Of a stretch of 64,000 nt of DNA, positions 30,750 through 39,842 are shown in pieces. Where the stretch lies: assembly GCA_000092065.1 (NCBI GenBank), contig CP000596.1, one strand, 5' to 3'. The stretch is from Ostreococcus lucimarinus (lineage: Eukaryota). The translations under genes were made by a program, and so were the position numbers. How positions within the stretch are numbered: position 1 is the stretch's first letter; each line of letters opens with the position of its first letter. The notes below the pieces were generated by a model, which did no database searches, was not told the DNA's origin, and saw nothing but the letters and a program-made list of their open reading frames with translations.

Positions 30750-33700
30750 ATGCGCGCCGAAGCCGCGTCGCACGCGACAGCGCGAGAGCACATCGTGCGC
30801 GCGCGTCCACACCGCGCGCGTCGAGCGCCGGCGCGCACAGCTGCGCCATCGTCGTCGCGAATTCGTTCCGTGCGCGAGCCCAACTTGGATAGCGCAGACC
30901 GCGAAGAAATCGCCTCAAACGACGCGCTCAGGCGCGCTCGCGGCGAGACGAGCACGTCGAACGATGACGAGTCAACGATCGCGTCGTTTGTCGCGAGCGC
31001 AGGGGCTCGAGAGACGATAGATTTAGGCGCGCGCGCGTCGTTGGCTGCTGGATGGGACGCTCTGGCGAGACGAGTGCGAGACGCGCGGCGAGACGCCGAT
31101 CGAATGCCGGCGTGCAAGTTTGACAGCGGGTGCTTGCGGTTCGTGATCGATGTGCCGCGAGACGCGCGGGCGCTGCGATGGGTGAGCGAGGTGAGCGGGA
31201 AGGTGAGGAGTGGAACGCCGGCGTTTTATTGGTCGCCACGAGCGAAGACGGCGAGCGGAAGCGCGGTGGGCAAGGGCGGATCAGCGTCGAAGGAGACGGC
31301 GATGGAAACGACGAGGAGTGATAAGTTGGATTTTGACGCCGCACGCGGGTCGCGCGCGGGTTTTGGGTCGTGCGCGACGTGGACGGACGCAGGGAACGAG
31401 GACGAGACGTCATTTCGGCGGCGCATCGCTTCGATGCGGAGGTTTCTAAGCGAGCATAAAGACGCTCGTGCGGGGTCTCGAGTGTATGGCGCCGGAAGGT
31501 TCGATCCTGGTCGCGCGCCCGAGGAGGAGTGGGCGTCGTTCGGGACGCATTATTTCTTTTTGCCCACGCTCGAAGTCGTGGAGGGCGTCAAGAGCGCCAC
31601 GTTGACGGTTTCCGTGGCGTGGGACGCGCGCGGTGAAGAAAACTGCGGTCCATCGGCCAAGTCACTCGTCCAAGCGCTTGATGATGCGTGCGAGACGCTC
31701 AAGCGCTCAATGGGTGTCGAAAAGAGTTCAAACAAGGCGTTACCCCCGGGCGCGGCGCACGTCGTCGACCGTGCGCTGGTGCCCGATCAAGACGGATGGT
31801 CCAAAGACGTGTCCTCCGTCATCAGCCGCATTAGAGTATCGCGAGCATCCGTGAGCGCTAGCGTGCGGGACAAAGAGGATGCCTGGATCGACTTAGGGAG
31901 CAGCTTTGACGAATCAGATTCGCCAGATGTGCGAACGGCGTTAGAATCGCTTGGTCGCGCGGCTGGAGTCGAAGCCCCGAGCGCGGTTCTCGATCAATTC
32001 GAAGCGATGACGATGGCCATGGATGGCGGACTGTACAAAGATGACTCAACAATGGAGGGCATGGTCGACGCTTTGCTTCTCGGCGGTGAAACCGTCGATC
32101 CGTTACGAAAAGTCGTCTTGGCGCGGAGAAGCAAGCTCAACCTGAACACGCCTGTGGATACTTTTGCCTTGGTCTCGAGGCTGCAATCTCGAGATCCAGA
32201 TGCGTATCAATTCGTTTTAAGACACCCCAACGGTGAGACCTTCCTAGGTTCGACGCCTGAGCGCTTGTTCTTATGTCAAGGGGGTCGCGCGGTGAGTGAA
32301 GCCGTGGCTGGCACGCGCGCCAGAGGCGCCGACGACGGTGAAGACGCGGCTTTGGCGTATGACATGCTTCTGTCGCCCAAGGAGCACGAAGAGTTTGCAA
32401 TCGTGCGTGAAGAAGTTCGTCGTGCACTGGGCGATGTCGCCGACGGTGGAAATGATGGCGTGGAAGTTGAGCTTGAAAAAGGTATCTTGCGCAACGTTAC
32501 CGTGCAACATTTATACTCGCGTCTCTCTGCGCCCTTGGCCAGCGGCAAGACAGAGGCTGATTTACTCGATGCGCTGCATCCCACGCCCGCGGTGTGTGGA
32601 TACCCGCGCAAAGCTGCGCTAGACACGCTTCGTGCGGTGGAGTCGTTCGATCGCGGACTTTACTCGGGACCGCTCGGGTGGATAAGCGCGGATGGCGCTG
32701 AATTCGCCGTCGCCATTCGTTCAGCGCTGGTGCACCCCGACGGTGATGAGGTGTCTTTGTACGCGGGCGTCGGTGTCGTCGGTTCCGCCAACGCGCAATC
32801 CGAATGGCACGAATTGAACTTGAAGACAAAACCCCTCGAGTCACTTCTTGCGCCGGTGACACCGCTCGCGAGCTTGCCAAATCCCAACGCAGCGTGGGCA
32901 ACGATATTGATCGGTGAGCTCGTACGCGGCGGCGTGACGACATTCTGTATCGCTCCTGGAAGTCGTTCGACGCCTCTCGCACTTGCGGCTGAGAAACACG
33001 TCGAAGCAAACGTGGTCGTGTGTATTGACGAACGTTCTCTTGGGTTTTATGCATTGGGATACGCAAAAGGCGCGGCCCAGCCCGCTGCGGTGATTTGCAG
33101 CAGCGGCACGGCTGTGGCTAATTTACTGCCATCCGTCGTCGAAGCGTCAGAAAGCTCAACCCCGTTATTATTACTCACCGCAGATCGACCGTATGAGTTG
33201 CGCCACACTGGTGCGAATCAAACGATTGACCAGGTGAAAATTTTTGGTTCGTACGCTCGATTCAACGCCGACTTGGCTCCACCCGGAGACGGCGCGCCTG
33301 CGCGCGCCTGCGCCACCATGGCTGCGACGGCGCTTCGATATTTGAGAGGAACGAACCCTGGACCGGTGCACCTAAACTGTGCTTTTCGCGAACCGCTCGG
33401 TCCGCAACGTGTGGACTGGGACTCAGCGGCTGCGCTTAAGGGGTTGGAGAAATGGGAAGAGTCGTCGACGCAGTTCACCATTGGCAATGCCACCGCAGGA
33501 ACGATGCACGACGGCGGCGCCTGGCAAGCAGCGCTATCTCAAATCGCAAACGCTAAGCGCGGATTGCTAGTAGTTGGAAGTGGCTCGTCTGCAGCGGACT
33601 CAATCGCGGCGACTGCGATCGCTAAAACGCTGGGCTGGGCTGTCGCCGCCGACGCCACGAGCGGTATTCGCGTGGGCGCGGGTGAGGATGAATCCGTGCG

Positions 33701-36700
33701 TAAGATTCCTATGATCGATTACGTATTGGTGGAACCGAGTGCGCATGATGCGTTGAGACCGGATGTTATCCTGCAAATTGGTGCCCGTTTGACGTCCAAG
33801 AGGCTATGCCAGTTCCTTGAAGCGAGCGCGATTGAGAATAATGCTGAGTGGATCGTCGTTGAGCCGACTCCGAACCGAGTGGATCCGGCGCATTGTGTGA
33901 GTGTTCGAGTTGAATCGTCCATCGGATACGCTTTGGAAGTTTTGGAGAGCGCGCTAAGTCACGAGAGCGGTTACGACACGAGTGACTCAAAAACATCATG
34001 CATCGCCTTTGCCGAGCGCGCCGTCGCTGTCGGCGCCGCAGTCGCACGCGAAGCCGCGATGGCCCTCAACGACATCACCGCCAACGAAGGTATGTCCGAG
34101 ATGGCTGTCGCGATCGCCATCAGCGAGGGTCTACCTGATTCTATGGGTTTCTTCTTGGGTAACTCCATGCCCATCCGCGATGTCGACGCATTCAGTGGAA
34201 TCAAAGAATTCTCCGAAGGTTTAAATTTTGATCGTGAAGACTGCGCGACGTCGGCGTACGGAATTCCCGTCACGGCGAATCGAGGCGCGAGTGGTATTGA
34301 CGGTGTGATATCTTCAGCCGCGGGATATGCTGCAGGCCTTGGACATCCGGTTACACTCATCATCGGCGATGTGTCGTTTCAGCATGATTCCAATGGACTA
34401 CTGTTCCTTCGCGAGCGTCCCGGTCAACCACCGGTGACGGTCGTCGTCGTCAATAATGGCGGCGGTGGAATTTTCAATTTTTTACCCGTCGCCTCGCAGG
34501 TTGACGATAAGTCGTTCAATCGTTTGTTTGCCACACCGCCGGATGTGTCCAGAAGAGGACTGTGCGAGGCTCATCGCGTCGCCTATGCGCATCCAACGTC
34601 GGTTAGTGAGTTCGGTGAGGCGCTCAGCGCTGCGTGGAACGAAAATCGTCACAGCGTCATCGAAGTGACCACGTCCCGCGCTCGAAATTTGATTCAGCAC
34701 AAGTTAGTGCAGCGGCGATGTGCACGAGCCGCACGACAAGCCCTTGAGCTAACGACTACGTCGACGTCAAAGACGATTCAGAGTATTGAAGTGGCTTCGT
34801 TCTCACTTCCTCTGAAGAAACCCACTACAGCGAATGCGTCATCGACGACACGGGACGGATGGCTTCTGAAGGTCACCCTGAGCGATGGTGTCGTCGGTTA
34901 CGGTGAGTGTTCTCCTCTGGATGGACTTCATCGCGAATCGTACGAAGAGAGCGGCGCGCAACTTTCCGTCGTCGCTTCGCTCATGAACAGCATGGAAGTT
35001 CCTACGAATGTTGCTCTGCTCAACGGCGCCTTTGCAGCCTGGATTGAAGATTGCGTCGGCGTGCGCTCGACGAGCGAGTTGTTTCCCACTGTTCGATTTG
35101 CGTTGGAGTCAGCAATTGCGAACGCGCTCGCCGCAAGCGAAGGCAAGACGCTTTCTCGCGTCATGACTGGCGACGAGGTGATGAACTCCGTCTCTGTGAA
35201 TGGACTCGTTGACGCGACGACTGATGTCGCCGCTGCGCGCCGCGAAGCGCGCGCGCTCGTGGACGCCGGTTATACCTGTTTAAAAGTCAAAGTGGCTCGG
35301 GGTCTTGGTAGTGATGGCGCTCGAGCAGACGCGGAACGACTCGCTCAGATTCGAGACGAAGTCGGTCCCAGCGTCGCGCTCCGTGCTGATGCGAACAGGC
35401 GTTGGGATTTGACGGAAGCGCTCGATTTCGGCGCGCGAGCGCAAGAACTCAACGTGGGTTTGCAGTACGTCGAAGAACCCACTCGTGCGGCACATGAAGT
35501 CGCGGCGTTCCATTTCACCACCGGCATAGCCGTGGCTTTGGACGAGACCATCGACGACATTCTTTGCGAGTCTTCAAGCTTGGCCGAGGCAAGCGCAGCG
35601 ATTTCACGCGTTGCGGATCAGTCCACAGGTATCGTAGCTGTGGTGCTCAAACCATCCGTCATTGGAGGTTTAGAAGCGACGTCTTTAATTGCGCGCATCG
35701 CAATGTCTCGAGGTGTCCGGCCCGTGATTTCTAGCGCGTTCGAAAGTGGCATTGGATTAAACGTCAGCGCTCACCTCGCGGCGACGCTCGACGATGTTTT
35801 GGCTCGTGAGATTCAAGCAGCCAGAGACTCTTTGGTGACGGGCGACGACACCGAGCGTCCGAACACGCTGGATATAAAACCTTTGATTTTGGCTTTAGAC
35901 GCGCAACCAACATCGCACGGCCTAGGAACGGCGTCCTGGTTTGACGGCGACGTGATGTTCCCCGAAGTCGTCCCCGTCCGGAAAGGAAGCGACGGGATGT
36001 CCATACACTTACTCGAAGATACCGACAAGACTAAACGTCAGACATCAGTGGTATCCATGTTCCAGGATGTTTCGAAGCGTTGGGGTGAAGATTCCACAAT
36101 CACGGTTGAAACATCGAATGGAATTTACGAGGTACAGTGCGTCGAGCGCACTCCAAGCGGAGGCAACTCGAGCGGCGAAACGATCGTACTATTGCATGGA
36201 TTCATGGGATCGAGCGAAGATTGGGATATCGTTGCCCGCGGTCTGACCGTTCGTAATAACGCTCGAGTGATCGCAATCGATTTGCCCGCTCACGGACGAA
36301 CGACGTGTACGCCGCATCGAGGGAAATCCATGCGCGATTGCCTGCGCGTGGAAGCCATGCGAGATGTAGTCGCCGCAGCGATGACCAAGCTCGGATGTCC
36401 CAACGAATGTACGCACGTTGTCGCTTATAGCATGGGTGCACGCATTGCACTTACTCTCGACGAATCAAGTCTGAAGTCTATCGTCTCCATCGGCGGTTCT
36501 CCGGGATTGTGCGGGGAAGACGCGCGAGTCGCGCGGGTCGCTCAGGACGACGACTTAGCCGCCGCTTTACTCAAGGGTGATGATGCGCGTGAGTTCGCCA
36601 AAGTTTGGTATCGACGAGGTTTGTTCTCTACTCTCGTCGCTCATCCACGATTCGGTGGCGTCAATGGGCTCGCCGAACGTCGCGGATCAGTCATTGGGAC

Positions 36701-36989
36701 GAACGCAGAGGCGCTCGCTGCGTGCCTCGCCGCCGCCTCACCCGGACGTCAAATCGAGGGTTGGTCGACGCTTTGTCGTCTTCGCGGTAAGCTCACGATG
36801 ATCGTGGGCGACAAGGATGAAAAGTTCAAATCGATATCGCGCAAGATGCAAGACGCCATGAGTGAAGGGGTGGTAGACGCGGCGCCGTGCAAAGTATTTA
36901 TCGTTCCTCGATGCGGACACGCGGCGCATTTGGAAGCGCCTGAGTCCGTCGTCGCGCGCGTTCTCGAGGCAATCGACGCGCAGCAGTAG
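30750..36989 (+). CDS. PHYLLO: PHYLLO: tetramodular phylloquinone-biosynthesis fusion MenF (isochorismate synthase) - MenD (SEPHCHC synthase) - MenC (o-succinylbenzoate synthase) - MenH (SHCHC synthase, α/β hydrolase)
   Basis: A single 2079-aa ORF. The MenF chorismate-binding domain is complete (GYPRKAALDTLRAVESFDRGLYSGPLGWI). The MenD ThDP domain reads GSRSTPLALAAEKH...ICSSGTAVANLLP...GDVSFQHDSNGL. The MenC enolase-superfamily module has LKVKV...RADANRRWDL. MenH has HGFMGS...YSMGARIALTL. The N-terminus looks like a transit peptide. Confidence 0.85.
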   Translation: MRAEAASHATAREHIVRARPHRARRAPARTAAPSSSRIRSVREPNLDSADREEIASNDALRRARGETSTSNDDESTIASFVASAGARETIDLGARASLAAGWDALARRVRDARRDADRMPACKFDSGCLRFVIDVPRDARALRWVSEVSGKVRSGTPAFYWSPRAKTASGSAVGKGGSASKETAMETTRSDKLDFDAARGSRAGFGSCATWTDAGNEDETSFRRRIASMRRFLSEHKDARAGSRVYGAGRFDPGRAPEEEWASFGTHYFFLPTLEVVEGVKSATLTVSVAWDARGEENCGPSAKSLVQALDDACETLKRSMGVEKSSNKALPPGAAHVVDRALVPDQDGWSKDVSSVISRIRVSRASVSASVRDKEDAWIDLGSSFDESDSPDVRTALESLGRAAGVEAPSAVLDQFEAMTMAMDGGLYKDDSTMEGMVDALLLGGETVDPLRKVVLARRSKLNLNTPVDTFALVSRLQSRDPDAYQFVLRHPNGETFLGSTPERLFLCQGGRAVSEAVAGTRARGADDGEDAALAYDMLLSPKEHEEFAIVREEVRRALGDVADGGNDGVEVELEKGILRNVTVQHLYSRLSAPLASGKTEADLLDALHPTPAVCGYPRKAALDTLRAVESFDRGLYSGPLGWISADGAEFAVAIRSALVHPDGDEVSLYAGVGVVGSANAQSEWHELNLKTKPLESLLAPVTPLASLPNPNAAWATILIGELVRGGVTTFCIAPGSRSTPLALAAEKHVEANVVVCIDERSLGFYALGYAKGAAQPAAVICSSGTAVANLLPSVVEASESSTPLLLLTADRPYELRHTGANQTIDQVKIFGSYARFNADLAPPGDGAPARACATMAATALRYLRGTNPGPVHLNCAFREPLGPQRVDWDSAAALKGLEKWEESSTQFTIGNATAGTMHDGGAWQAALSQIANAKRGLLVVGSGSSAADSIAATAIAKTLGWAVAADATSGIRVGAGEDESVRKIPMIDYVLVEPSAHDALRPDVILQIGARLTSKRLCQFLEASAIENNAEWIVVEPTPNRVDPAHCVSVRVESSIGYALEVLESALSHESGYDTSDSKTSCIAFAERAVAVGAAVAREAAMALNDITANEGMSEMAVAIAISEGLPDSMGFFLGNSMPIRDVDAFSGIKEFSEGLNFDREDCATSAYGIPVTANRGASGIDGVISSAAGYAAGLGHPVTLIIGDVSFQHDSNGLLFLRERPGQPPVTVVVVNNGGGGIFNFLPVASQVDDKSFNRLFATPPDVSRRGLCEAHRVAYAHPTSVSEFGEALSAAWNENRHSVIEVTTSRARNLIQHKLVQRRCARAARQALELTTTSTSKTIQSIEVASFSLPLKKPTTANASSTTRDGWLLKVTLSDGVVGYGECSPLDGLHRESYEESGAQLSVVASLMNSMEVPTNVALLNGAFAAWIEDCVGVRSTSELFPTVRFALESAIANALAASEGKTLSRVMTGDEVMNSVSVNGLVDATTDVAAARREARALVDAGYTCLKVKVARGLGSDGARADAERLAQIRDEVGPSVALRADANRRWDLTEALDFGARAQELNVGLQYVEEPTRAAHEVAAFHFTTGIAVALDETIDDILCESSSLAEASAAISRVADQSTGIVAVVLKPSVIGGLEATSLIARIAMSRGVRPVISSAFESGIGLNVSAHLAATLDDVLAREIQAARDSLVTGDDTERPNTLDIKPLILALDAQPTSHGLGTASWFDGDVMFPEVVPVRKGSDGMSIHLLEDTDKTKRQTSVVSMFQDVSKRWGEDSTITVETSNGIYEVQCVERTPSGGNSSGETIVLLHGFMGSSEDWDIVARGLTVRNNARVIAIDLPAHGRTTCTPHRGKSMRDCLRVEAMRDVVAAAMTKLGCPNECTHVVAYSMGARIALTLDESSLKSIVSIGGSPGLCGEDARVARVAQDDDLAAALLKGDDAREFAKVWYRRGLFSTLVAHPRFGGVNGLAERRGSVIGTNAEALAACLAAASPGRQIEGWSTLCRLRGKLTMIVGDKDEKFKSISRKMQDAMSEGVVDAAPCKVFIVPRCGHAAHLEAPESVVARVLEAIDAQQ

Positions 36990-37079
36990 AAATTAGCTCA
37001 TAGTTGGGATTTGAATTAAGTGATGACCATTAAATCACGGTCGGTAAAGTAATGAATCGACTCGGCGCGCGAGCGATTT

Positions 37080-37379
37080 TTAATCCTTCTTCCCGAACAA
37101 GGAGAACGGGTTGAATTTCTTGCCCTCGAGCGGATCCTTCATCTTAACAGGGCCCTTGGACATAGACTTCGCGAAGCGGCTCGTGCCGCCCACCGTCTTG
37201 TTCAACGCCGCGGTCTTCTTCGCCATCTCCTTGCGCTTCGCCTCGGCCTTCACCGCCGCCGCCTTCTTCGCTTCAGCCGCCTTCGCCGCCGCCGCCTTGC
37301 TCTTCTCCGCGAGCGCCTTGGACTTGGCCTTCGCGTCCTCGGCCTTCTTGCGCGCGGCTTCTTGGTTCTTCTTCATCAT
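37080..37379 (-). CDS. Small Lys/Ala-rich basic protein (99 aa from the ATG at 37379). It may be the 3' exon of a PP28/PDAP1-like gene whose 5' exon is unresolved
   Basis: The ORF MMKKNQEAARKKAEDAKAK...FNPFSLFGKKD is continuous upstream in frame (…AGKTIDTSNRRE) until a TAA only 14 codons before the ATG, with an acceptor-like CCACAG just ahead. '…AGKT…QEAARKKAE' resembles the conserved PP28 core ([33 protein letters not shown]). Confidence 0.3.
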   Translation of the reverse strand: MMKKNQEAARKKAEDAKAKSKALAEKSKAAAAKAAEAKKAAAVKAEAKRKEMAKKTAALNKTVGGTSRFAKSMSKGPVKMKDPLEGKKFNPFSLFGKKD

Positions 37380-37815
37380 CTCACGGCGGTTGGACGTGTC
37401 GATGGTCTTACCAGCCTGTGGTTATCTCGCGAATCGTTCGCGTCAGTCAGTCCTCGGCTCGCGCTCGAAAAGATCTTCCCCAGGGTGTCCCGCGCGGGAC
37501 TGATCTTGACCATATCCAGGGCGCCCGCGTCGCCGCGCGAGCCCTTCGCGGCGGTCTCGTGCAAATACGCGAGGCGGCACGAAACCTTCGCGCCGTGCGC
37601 GCGCGCGTGAGCGACGCTGACACCGCGATCGCGCGCGCGCGTCGCACGAATTCCGCTCGACGCGTCGAGTGGATAAAGAGCGCGCGAGAGACCAGACGAC
37701 GCGCGCCGCGCACCTTGACGACGAGACCGCGGCGCTGCGACTTGGCGGGCTTAGTCGCCGTGAGCGCGCGGGGGGCGGTGATCTTGGACGACAGGGCGAA
37801 CATAGCGATGACGAG

Positions 37816-37870
37816 GGTGGGAGAGTGCGGCTCCAGGGACGAGGTGGGAGAGTGCGGCTCCAGGGACGAG
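37816..37870. repeat. Perfect 27/28-bp tandem duplication (GGTGGGAGAGTGCGGCTCCAGGGACGAG ×2)
   Basis: Read directly from the sequence. It lies between the CTNNBL1 3' end and the K/A-rich ORF. Confidence 0.8.
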
Positions 37871-37903
37871 ATGGTTGAGCCATCGGGCTCGAGCGCGTAG
37901 ATA

Positions 37904-39670
37904 TTAACTTTGCTCGCGTTCGCCGGGGGCGTACGGTAAGACGCTGAGAATGGCGCGCACGGTGCCTTCACGCGCAGAATCGCCGGCGGAATCGCCGACG
38001 TGATGCGCGTGTTGGCGGAGGATGTCGCGCAAATCAGATAACGCGATGGCGTTTTGCGAGGCGTCGAGGTAGAGCCGGCGCATGATCGGCGCGTGGTCGG
38101 TTGCCCAGAGGTGGGCGAAGACCAACGTGAGGTGCTCGAGGGTGGCCAAACCGGCGTCAAGCTTTTGAAGATACTCTTCCTCTTCGGTGAGATCGATGCC
38201 GAGATCTTCGTCGACGTTTTCCAGACGCGCTTGCTCCGCGCTCACGCGTTTGGCGAATTCCACCCAAAGCTCTACGAGTCGGTCACACTTGGCGTAGTCT
38301 TGTTCGACGAATTTCGCGCAAAGCCTGTCGCGGCGATCGGTGTTGTCGACGTGCTTGAACAGCGAGCAGATGACGCTGCTCGAACGCGTTTGTTGCTCGA
38401 GCGCGGCTTCGTTACCGAACGTCTTGCGAACCGCTTTCGCGTTGCGTCCCATAAAGATGGAGAACAAACTCTTCAACCCGAGACCGTCTATGAAGCGATT
38501 ACACGCGTCTTTGTTCCCGCTCAACACGTAATCCAAACACTTCAGCGCAGGAAGTGACGCAAAGCTCGTCTTTTTTGCGTCCCCGCGCGTTCCATTAAGC
38601 AATATTAACATGAGTTCAACGCCCTCAAACTCGACAAATTGCGCCTTGTTCTCGGGAACCATGGCGACGGCGCATATAGCATCAAATAAATTTTCAACGA
38701 GCTCCTTTTCGCCGTCGTCCTCGGGCTCACGCTTCTTATACGCCGATGCCGCTTGTAATAGGCTCTCTAAACCATTCATATCCACGCACTGCTTGCGACA
38801 TTTCGCGCTGCTTTGTAAAATGATGGCTAAAATTTCCGAAGCGTACAGCTTGTTTTGATCGACGTCACGCTTCTTCTCAACGCGTTTCAAAAGCCATTTC
38901 AACAGGTCGGTTTCCTCGCAAAACCCTTCTAGCGCCTTATTACTAGACTCTCCGCTCGCATCATCGACTTGAGTGCCCATGATTTCGCCTAAGTTCTCCA
39001 CGATGCCCAACACCGACGACACCGCGTTCGACGTCTCGCTCGACGTCGCCTTTAGTTTACCACTCGCGTCCTCAAACCGTGTCAACGCCGCGTACAGCGC
39101 TTGATACCCACCGCTCTCACGCAGTGCAGTCGCCAGCGCCTTTCCTCCGTTTTCATCGCTCTCTACTGCGTCCGAATCCGTGAGTTCTCTCAAAACCTCC
39201 AACGCGTCGGCGACGACGTCCTCATTTTCGTGTCCCAACACCGCCACCATGCTAGGCACTGCGTTCAACTTCACCAACTCTTCGTACAACTCGGGCGCGC
39301 TCGCGAGTGTCCCCAATCGTTTCACTTCGCAATCCAGCTCGATCTCGCTCTCTGCGAATTTTCGAGGTTCGTTTCCGTATTTCGCCCGCGCCTTGACGTT
39401 CTCCGCGTACGCGCGCTCAAACGCCAACACCAACCTTCGCACGTGTTTCGCGTCGATCGCGCCCGCGGAGCCGTCACCATCGTTAGTGACGTCGTCGTTC
39501 GTCACTCCGGCGCGCGTTTCGGCCTGCGCGAGCAAGTCCTCGGCAGTGCGCGACGTCGGTTCACTCGGACGGTCGAAGAATGACTCGTCGAGGATTGGAC
39601 GCCGCGAAGCGCGCTCGTCCTCTTCTGCGGCTTCGTCTCCGCCGTGGTCCCGGGAACGCTTGTTCGACAT
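37904..39670 (-). CDS. CTNNBL1: β-catenin-like protein 1 (CTNNBL1/NAP, Prp19-complex-associated ARM-repeat protein)
   Basis: The N-terminal region RKFAESEIELDCEVKRL...LASAPELYEELVKLNAVPSMVAVLGHENEDVVADALEVLRELTD matches the CTNNBL1-specific region and is followed by ARM repeats. The start is set at the Met at 39670 (MSNKRSRD…), giving ~588 aa. Confidence 0.55.
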   Translation of the reverse strand: MSNKRSRDHGGDEAAEEDERASRRPILDESFFDRPSEPTSRTAEDLLAQAETRAGVTNDDVTNDGDGSAGAIDAKHVRRLVLAFERAYAENVKARAKYGNEPRKFAESEIELDCEVKRLGTLASAPELYEELVKLNAVPSMVAVLGHENEDVVADALEVLRELTDSDAVESDENGGKALATALRESGGYQALYAALTRFEDASGKLKATSSETSNAVSSVLGIVENLGEIMGTQVDDASGESSNKALEGFCEETDLLKWLLKRVEKKRDVDQNKLYASEILAIILQSSAKCRKQCVDMNGLESLLQAASAYKKREPEDDGEKELVENLFDAICAVAMVPENKAQFVEFEGVELMLILLNGTRGDAKKTSFASLPALKCLDYVLSGNKDACNRFIDGLGLKSLFSIFMGRNAKAVRKTFGNEAALEQQTRSSSVICSLFKHVDNTDRRDRLCAKFVEQDYAKCDRLVELWVEFAKRVSAEQARLENVDEDLGIDLTEEEEYLQKLDAGLATLEHLTLVFAHLWATDHAPIMRRLYLDASQNAIALSDLRDILRQHAHHVGDSAGDSAREGTVRAILSVLPYAPGEREQS

Positions 39671-39842
39671 CGTGGGTGTGCCGATTAAAGCGGCGCGAAA
39701 CGGATCCACGGTCGAGGACGCGCGTCGGGTTCTGCGGCGGCGGCGGCTCGGGCGCGGGCGCGGGCGCCGGCTACGGCACCGGCAAACGAAATGTTTCAGT
39801 GCTGTTTTTGATATCACGATGGTTTAAAAAAATGAATGCTAC

